From positions 1-28,966 of the IMG/VR virus record IMGVR_UViG_3300011115_000209: a stretch of 28,966 bases of DNA; one strand, given 5' to 3'. Of this stretch, positions 22,753 through 28,966 are shown piece by piece (positions within the stretch are counted from its first letter, which is position 1; each line of letters opens with the position of its first letter). The notes under the pieces were generated by a model. The model saw only the letters and a program-made list of their open reading frames with translations, searched no databases and had not been told where the DNA came from. The position numbers were made by a program, and so were the translations under genes. The DNA is from a virus (taxonomy: Duplodnaviria; Caudoviricetes).

Positions 22753-23406
22753 ATGGCGTACAAACCCAACCCTGACCGCAAAGTCGTGAACGGGAAAGCT
22801 GTTGTCTCCGCAAAGGAGCTTGCAGACTTCCAGTCCGAGTACGGAAGCGACAAGACCCTGCGCGACTTGCTGAACGCAGACAAGGGGCTGTCCCGTGCGC
22901 CAGAGTTTGGTGTCAACAAGCCCCGCAACCCCAGCGTCAAGGACGGTTCGGAAGTTCAACGTCAAGGTGCTACCTACGCCAAGCCTTCAATTGAAGAAGG
23001 TGGCGTCAAGCCAAAAAGCAGGTCTAGCTGGGATTCAACTTTTGGCGAAGACGCGGAGGCAGGGTTCAAAAAAGCAGCACGCGGCGACAGCCCGTTTAAT
23101 GATGCGCTGATGGGCGCTGGACAGCTTGCAATTGCCGCCATGCCCGCTGGGAAGGCTTTAAGTGCCGTTCGGCCTGCAATTGGCTCGTTGGTCAAATATA
23201 TGTCCAAGAAAGACAAGCCAATCTCCAAAGAAGAAGACCCGGCATTTTCATCTGGCAGGTCAAGGGATAGTCTTTTTGGAGATGAAACCCCCGGCGGATT
23301 CAAAAAAGGTGGCGCTGCGAATCAGTACACCAAAGGTGGAAAAATTAACCTTGGTGCATGTGGTGTGTCCACCCATGTGCCCAGCAAGAAAAACGCTAAC
23401 TGGTAG
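22753..23406 (+). CDS. Hypothetical protein with C-terminal GGKINLG.C.V.T...W tail
   Basis: RBS TAAGGAG; 217 aa. Confidence 0.75.
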   Translation: MAYKPNPDRKVVNGKAVVSAKELADFQSEYGSDKTLRDLLNADKGLSRAPEFGVNKPRNPSVKDGSEVQRQGATYAKPSIEEGGVKPKSRSSWDSTFGEDAEAGFKKAARGDSPFNDALMGAGQLAIAAMPAGKALSAVRPAIGSLVKYMSKKDKPISKEEDPAFSSGRSRDSLFGDETPGGFKKGGAANQYTKGGKINLGACGVSTHVPSKKNANW

Positions 23407-23415
23407 GAGAAAATT

Positions 23416-23775
23416 ATGGCTGACGATTACGCACCCAACTACAGCTTCACCGCAGAACAGAACCCATCTACTGGTGAAACAAAATACTTTTACACCAACA
23501 ATAACACTCAGAAAAAAACTGAGTTGCAGGATGCTGATGCCTACAACCGACTGAAGGCAAAATTTAACACCGTAACCGACCAAGGGTTTAATGATGTAAC
23601 CCAAGCGGCTGAACAAGATGCGGGTTTTACGCAAGACGATACTGCACAAGCCATGCGTGCCCGCAGAGCAGCAATGCAGCAAAATCCGTTGCGCAAAGCC
23701 ACTGGCGGAAAAATCAATCTTGGCGATTGCAAGGTCAACACGACCTCGAAGAACAAAGCATCTCCCGCTTGGTAA
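23416..23775 (+). CDS. Hypothetical protein with C-terminal GGKINLG.C.V.T...W tail
   Basis: RBS AGGAG; 119 aa. Confidence 0.75.
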   Translation: MADDYAPNYSFTAEQNPSTGETKYFYTNNNTQKKTELQDADAYNRLKAKFNTVTDQGFNDVTQAAEQDAGFTQDDTAQAMRARRAAMQQNPLRKATGGKINLGDCKVNTTSKNKASPAW

Positions 23776-23778
23776 GAC

Positions 23779-24840
23779 ATGGCCTACTCTGGAACCACTG
23801 GCACTACCGTTATCACGGTACAGACCCTGATTGACCACGGCGCTCGGCGCTGCGGCAAGCTGGCGGAGGAACTGACTTCGGAGCAGGTGCTGTCTGCCCG
23901 CGAGTCGCTGTTTTTTCTGCTGTCCAACCTCATCAACATTGGCATCCAATACTGGGCCATCGACAAGAAGGTCTACGGTTTCACGGCGGACAAGTACATC
24001 TACGACCTGCCTTTGGGCGGCAACGATGTCCTGAACGCCCTGTACCGCTGGATGGACAGGCCCAATGGTTCCTACACCTCGTCTGCTGGCGGCACGGTAG
24101 CCAACCTGTACGACGGCGATGTAGACACCATCTGCACCCAGACATCGGCCAACGGCAACATCTCGGTCACCTTCGGTACTGCAAACCCCATCTACGTTGG
24201 CTCCATTGGCTTCTTGCCCGCAGCGTCTGGCACATGGTCAATCATCTACGAATACTCAATTGACGGCAGCACTTGGCAGACCCTTGTGGACTTGGGCAGC
24301 ATTGCCGTGGTCAACAACGAGTGGGTGTGGACGGACATTGAAAACGGGCAGAACGTCGGCTTCTACCGCATCCGCGCTTACAGCGGAACCACACTGAGTC
24401 TGCGCGAACTGTACTTCGGCAACAACTCCACCGAAATCACCATGTCGCGCCTGAACCGCGATGACTACACCAACCTGCCAAACAAGAACTTCACGGCCAA
24501 CCAGCCGTTCCAGTTCTGGTTCAACCGCACTATTCCGCAGGCGCAGATCTGGCTTTGGCCGACCCCGCAGAACGCCTTCTACCAAATGACGGTGTGGTAC
24601 TCGCGCCAAATCATGGATGTGGGCGACCTGTACGGCGAGTTGGAGATACCGCAGCGCTGGTACATGGCCGTCTTGTGCATGTTGTCGCACCAGATGTCGC
24701 AAGAGTTGCCCGGTGTGGACTTGAACAAAATTCAATACCTCGAAGGGCAGGCCGCAAAGTACCTGTCGATGGCCGAGGAAGAAGAGCGTGACCGCAGCCC
24801 GATATATTTGGCACCCAATATTCATCCTTACACAGCATAG
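23779..24840 (+). CDS. Probable head-tail adaptor / tail tubular protein A, with an inserted discoidin (F5/8 type C)-like domain
   Basis: N-terminal I..A.RRCG...ARESL..LL and C-terminal R.DY..LPNK...P.Q...IWLWPTP...EIPQRWY...A.EEE adaptor-like patterns; central NLYDGD..T...YSIDGSTW...FYRIR. Confidence 0.65.
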   Translation: MAYSGTTGTTVITVQTLIDHGARRCGKLAEELTSEQVLSARESLFFLLSNLINIGIQYWAIDKKVYGFTADKYIYDLPLGGNDVLNALYRWMDRPNGSYTSSAGGTVANLYDGDVDTICTQTSANGNISVTFGTANPIYVGSIGFLPAASGTWSIIYEYSIDGSTWQTLVDLGSIAVVNNEWVWTDIENGQNVGFYRIRAYSGTTLSLRELYFGNNSTEITMSRLNRDDYTNLPNKNFTANQPFQFWFNRTIPQAQIWLWPTPQNAFYQMTVWYSRQIMDVGDLYGELEIPQRWYMAVLCMLSHQMSQELPGVDLNKIQYLEGQAAKYLSMAEEEERDRSPIYLAPNIHPYTA

Positions 24841-24846
24841 TCATTT

Positions 24847-25482
24847 ATGCAGTTTTGTACTTACGCCCACTACAAGCCAGACGGTTCAATGTTTTACATT
24901 GGAAAAGGCTCAGTTAAACGCGCCCATAGTGCCGCTGGACGGAATATTGTGTGGAAGCGCACAGTGGAAAAACATGGCGGTTTTTCTGTGGAAATTCTTG
25001 GTCGATGGGCATCTGAGCCAGAAGCCTTTGACCATGAAATTTTTTTGATAAATACTTTGCGAAGCATAGGAACCCCGTTGGTCAATATCGCTGCTGGAGG
25101 TATGGGGTCTACTGGCTTTAGGCATTCCGATAAACACAAGGCATCTTTGGCAGAAAGGATGCGTGAGCGCAACCCAATGAGTAAGCCGGGAGTCCGCGCT
25201 AAACAAGTTTCCGCGTTGAAACTAGCTATGAATCGTCCCGAAATTCGAGCAAAACAAAGTCTTGCGCGAATTGGTATGCAATTTTCCAATGTGCATTTAG
25301 CTGCTTTACGCAAATGCCATCCAACCAAGCCCTGCGTGGTCAATGGCGTGCAGTATGTTTCTTTGATGGAGGCGTCTCGCCTTCTTGGGATTCGTCATGG
25401 CACTTTGCACCGTTGGCTAAACCACCCAGAAATTCAGCGTGGGGCAAAATATCAACACCTCACCGAAGTGAGGTGGTTGTAA
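24847..25482 (+). mobile_element. Free-standing GIY-YIG-type homing endonuclease with NUMOD3-like and HTH DNA-binding regions
   Basis: CTYAHYKPDGSMFYIGKG..RA...E..LI...LVN; GFRHSDKHK; YVSLMEASRLLGI...LHRWL; lower GC than its neighbours. Confidence 0.75.
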
Positions 25483-25841
25483 TGCCCATCTTCCTTGACA
25501 CCCTTGGCAACTCCACCCTGTCCATCGCCATCTGCGATAGGTGCAAGATGAAGCGTGCCCACTCGGTGATGAGGAATGACCCCAACTTCCCCGGCCTGCG
25601 GGTGTGCAACGAGGGCTGCGCAGACCAGATTGACCCGTACCGCCTTGCCGCGAGGAAAACAGAGCGCATCAACATCCGTTTCCCGCGTCCAGATGCAAGC
25701 GTTGCCGCGAACGATGACTACCTGCTGACTGGCGGCAACAACGAGTTGTACATCTCCACCGAGCAGAACACGCAGACGCCTACTCAGACGGGGAATAAGG
25801 ATACGATTGCACCCAGCCCACCTAGCAATACGAGTACATAA
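25482..25841 (+). CDS. Conserved-looking tail-region protein with CxxC...CxxxC motif (119 aa)
   Basis: RBS GAGGTGG; TAATG overlap; AICDRCKMK...LRVCNEGCAD..DPY. Confidence 0.75.
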   Translation: MPIFLDTLGNSTLSIAICDRCKMKRAHSVMRNDPNFPGLRVCNEGCADQIDPYRLAARKTERINIRFPRPDASVAANDDYLLTGGNNELYISTEQNTQTPTQTGNKDTIAPSPPSNTST

Positions 25842-27946
25842 TGTCCGCACAAGTCACAATTACCCAACTGCCGCAGGCTGGAGCAATTACTGGCTCTGAA
25901 CTCGTACCCATCGTCCAAAGCGGGGTTACGGTACAGACCACCACAAGTGCAATTGCTGGGTCTCCAACGCAGACCTACACCTACCTGACGGTCACCCAGA
26001 CCCCGCAGTTGGCCAACAGCCGCTACGTCGGCGTCACCAATGGGCTGGTCATTACCGACGGCGGTGCCCAAGGGTTGTTCAATATCAGCACCACAGGCGC
26101 TTTGTTGTCGCTGGTGAACTCCGGTACTGGGTTTCAAGTAAAAACGTCTTCTACGGCCATTACGCCGCGTTCTATCGCCGTTTCCGGGACTGCCTTGTCC
26201 ATCTCCAACGGCAGCGGCGTGTCTGGTGACCCGACCATCTCGTTGACCGGGCAGGTCTTAAACTTTGCAAACGCCAGCTTCAATGGCCTCGTTGTCCTTT
26301 CCACCGGAGGTGCTATCACCTCGGCCACCATCACGGGCACATCAAACCAGATTGCTGTGACCAACGGCAACGGTATCAGTGGCAATCCTACTGTTGGCTT
26401 GGCTGACAACGCAATCATGCCCGGCACAGGGTCGATGACAGTCCCAGTTGGTACGACGGGGCAGCAGCCTTTTGGTAGTGCTGGCATGATTCGTTACGAC
26501 TCCACCGTAGGAGCGTTCCTCGGGTATTCTGGTAGTGGATGGAACCAGTTCTCTCTGGCTGGAGGGGTAACCCAAGTCAACACCGGGACGGGCCTGACTG
26601 GTGGCCCAATTACGGGCATTGGAACCATCTCCATTGCCAATACGGCGGTCACTGCTGGCAGCTACACCCTAGCCAACTTCACGGTCAACGCGCAGGGGCA
26701 GATTACTCTTGCCTCCAACGGCACGGCATTGGTCTCTTCCTTCACCGCAGGCTCTACAGGCTTCACTCCAAACACAGCCACTACGGGCGCGGTGACCCTC
26801 GGCGGCATTTTGAACGCATCAAACGGCGGGACTGGCGCTGCCACGCTGACTGGCTACGTTTACGGCAACGGCACTGGTGTGATGACCGCCGCTACGACAA
26901 TCCCAAATGTTGGCCTAGCAAACAGTTCATTGACCATTGGAACAACGGCCATCAGCCTTGGCGCAAGCAGCCTGACGCTGGGCGGTCTGACTACGGTGAC
27001 GGTAACCCAAGACCCAGTATCTGCCCTGCAACTGGCGACCAAGCAGTATGTGGACGCGGTGGCACAAGGGTTAGACCCTAAAGCATCATGCGTAGCGGCA
27101 ACAACAGCAAACATTACACTTTCGGGGGCGCAGACCATAGATGGCGTATCCCTTACGGCGGGTGACCGTTGCTTAGTTAAAAATCAAACTGCGCAAGCAG
27201 ATAACGGCATCTATGTTGTTGCAACAGGCTCTTGGACTCGCGCAACGGATATGGACAATTGGTTGGAAGTGCCGGGGGCGTTTACCTTCATTGAGCAAGG
27301 AACCCTGTATGCTGACACTGGCTGGGTCTGCACATCAAACGCTGGCGGCACAATAGGCGTAACCGCCATCACTTGGGTACAGTTTGCTGGTGTAGGCTCT
27401 TACACCGCAGGCACAGGACTGACCCTCACGGGAACCCAGTTCAGCATCACCAACACGGCGGTCACCGCTGGAGCCTACGGCTCGGCCACGCAGGTTGGAA
27501 CCTTCACCGTCAACGCGCAGGGCCAATTGACGCTGGCCGGGAACACCACGGTCACTCCAGCGGTCGGCTCCATCACGGGACTTGGAACAGGCGTGGCGAC
27601 TGCGCTGGCCGTCAACGTAGGTACTGCTGGTTCGTTCGTGGTCAACGGCGGCGTTCTGGGCACGCCAAGCAGCGGCACTCTGACCAATGCAACAGGGTTG
27701 CCAATATCCACGGGCGTGTCCGGTTTGGGCACTGGCGTGGCTACCGCGCTGGCAATTGCCATCGGCTCTGCTGGTGCTCCAATCACATTTAACGGCGCTT
27801 TGGGAACCCCAAGCAGCGGCACGGTGACCAACCTGACTGGGACTGCGTCGATTAACATCAACGGTACTGTTGGGGCCACCACGCCAACAACGGGCAACTT
27901 CACGACTGTGACTGCCACAACTGGAATCTTCGGAGGTACGTTTTGA
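25841..27946 (+). CDS. Tail fibre protein
   Basis: Gly/Thr/Ala/Ser-rich; VTITQLP N-terminus; ATKQYVD...AATTANITLSGAQTIDGV...GDRCLVKNQT...NGIYV...W.RATD fibre segment. Confidence 0.85.
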   Translation: MSAQVTITQLPQAGAITGSELVPIVQSGVTVQTTTSAIAGSPTQTYTYLTVTQTPQLANSRYVGVTNGLVITDGGAQGLFNISTTGALLSLVNSGTGFQVKTSSTAITPRSIAVSGTALSISNGSGVSGDPTISLTGQVLNFANASFNGLVVLSTGGAITSATITGTSNQIAVTNGNGISGNPTVGLADNAIMPGTGSMTVPVGTTGQQPFGSAGMIRYDSTVGAFLGYSGSGWNQFSLAGGVTQVNTGTGLTGGPITGIGTISIANTAVTAGSYTLANFTVNAQGQITLASNGTALVSSFTAGSTGFTPNTATTGAVTLGGILNASNGGTGAATLTGYVYGNGTGVMTAATTIPNVGLANSSLTIGTTAISLGASSLTLGGLTTVTVTQDPVSALQLATKQYVDAVAQGLDPKASCVAATTANITLSGAQTIDGVSLTAGDRCLVKNQTAQADNGIYVVATGSWTRATDMDNWLEVPGAFTFIEQGTLYADTGWVCTSNAGGTIGVTAITWVQFAGVGSYTAGTGLTLTGTQFSITNTAVTAGAYGSATQVGTFTVNAQGQLTLAGNTTVTPAVGSITGLGTGVATALAVNVGTAGSFVVNGGVLGTPSSGTLTNATGLPISTGVSGLGTGVATALAIAIGSAGAPITFNGALGTPSSGTVTNLTGTASININGTVGATTPTTGNFTTVTATTGIFGGTF
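27578..27843 (+). repeat. Tandem 48-aa repeat in the tail fibre (period 144 nt)
   Basis: GLGTGVATALA..G.AG....NG..LGTPSSGT.TN.TG occurs twice; NTAVTAG.Y...FTVNAQGQ.TLA also occurs twice, near 26638 and 27452. Confidence 0.8.
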
Positions 27947-28506
27947 TGCAGGCATACCTTATCCAAAATAGACTCAATGGCAAGGGCTACATTGGAATCA
28001 CAACGCGGTCTGTTGGCCGTCGGTGGTACGAGCATCGCTTTGTTTCAAATAGCTGTGGCAAGCTGTTATCAAAAGCCATTCAAAAATACGGCGCAGATTC
28101 GTTTGAAATCACGGTGTTGGCATCCGCACTTGCCGATGTTGATGGCCTCAAAGAGCTTGAGAAGCAATTAATTATTCAACATAACACCATTGTGCCGTCA
28201 GGGTACAACTTGACTATGGGCGGGGACGGCGTCTTTGGCTACAAGCAATCCAAAGAAGTGATTAGGCGCGTTGCTGCAAAAAAACGTGGCACTAAAATGT
28301 CCGCAGAGTCAAAACTCAAAATGCATGAGGCCCATCTCGGTGAAAAAAATCACTTCTTTGGGCGGACGCATAGTGAAGAAACAAAAAACAAAATTTCAGC
28401 AACAAAAAAAGGTTGCGCTGGCCCTTGGGCTGGCAAACCTAGGAGCGAAGAGACAAGACGAAAAATCTCTGAAGCACTGAAAAAACGGTTTGAGCAAAGG
28501 ATTTAA
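27943..28506 (+). mobile_element. Free-standing GIY-YIG homing endonuclease with NUMOD3 repeats
   Basis: AYLIQNRLNGKGYIGIT..RW.EH...AIQKYG...E..LI...GYNLT.GG; HSEETKNKIS and RSEETRRKIS. Confidence 0.88.
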
Positions 28507-28508
28507 TC

Positions 28509-28966
28509 ATGGCACAAAGCGGCTTCACGCCTATATCCATCTACTACAGCGCTACGGCGTCGGCTGTTCCGCTGGCCGCAAACCTTGTCGCAGGTGAGCT
28601 TGCGCTCAACACGTTGGACGGCAAGCTGTACTACAAAAACAGCAGCAACGTGGTCACCTTGCTGGCGTCTACCGCAGGCTCTTCTGGCGATGTGGTTGGC
28701 CCAGCATCGGCCACCGACAACGCTCTGGCGAGGTTTGATACCACCACTGGCAAACTGATTCAGAACTCTGTTGGCATCTTGAGCGATGCGGGTGTGTTGA
28801 CTGGTTTGACTGGCCTCACATCGTCTGGCTCCATTACGTTATCCAGTTTGACCTCGGGCCGCGTCCCCTACGCAACCACCGCTGGCCTGCTGACCGACTC
28901 CGCTAACTTGCTGTACTCAGGTACTGACCTGACTGTCTACGGACTCACCGTAGGCCGAGGCGCTGG
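28509..28966 (+). CDS. Tail fibre protein, N-terminal part (runs off the window)
   Basis: MAQSGFTPISIYYS...LVAGELALNTLDGKLYYKNS...GDVVGPASATDNALARFD; open to the window end. Confidence 0.8.
   Translation, partial: MAQSGFTPISIYYSATASAVPLAANLVAGELALNTLDGKLYYKNSSNVVTLLASTAGSSGDVVGPASATDNALARFDTTTGKLIQNSVGILSDAGVLTGLTGLTSSGSITLSSLTSGRVPYATTAGLLTDSANLLYSGTDLTVYGLTVGRGA

Noticed and set aside
24841-28508. Group I introns around the endonuclease genes
   Set aside because: Flanking genes are intact and abut the endonuclease ORFs; there is no non-coding space for an intron core
1-28966. Alternative genetic code or stop-codon recoding
   Set aside because: TAA, TAG and TGA all end genes at sensible boundaries, and core genes are uninterrupted under the standard code

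Overview
Fragment of a tailed dsDNA phage genome, probably a podovirus-like phage of a Proteobacterium; the host is an inference. All credible genes are on the + strand and use the standard code. Order: an array of small, tightly overlapping accessory genes (1-2001); a structured non-coding block with an initiator-like tRNA-Met(CAT) (2002-2522); terminase small and large subunits; a moron-like insert (promoter, structured RNA, small Cys/His protein); a 2500-aa polyvalent-type protein between terL and portal; portal, GroES-like co-chaperonin, scaffold, head proteins and major capsid protein; a run of small basic proteins; a head-tail adaptor; tail fibres; and two free-standing GIY-YIG-type endonucleases. 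The most notable signals are three. (1) A [MYFLK]-[AK]-x-G-G peptide marks module boundaries in the giant protein and recurs in four other head-region proteins, suggesting a shared capsid-loading or processing tag for modular cargo. (2) Two promoter-led structured RNA loci share the same internal-loop motif. (3) A small out-of-frame ORF with its own RBS is nested in the giant gene. All family calls come from motif recognition by eye; no searches were run.
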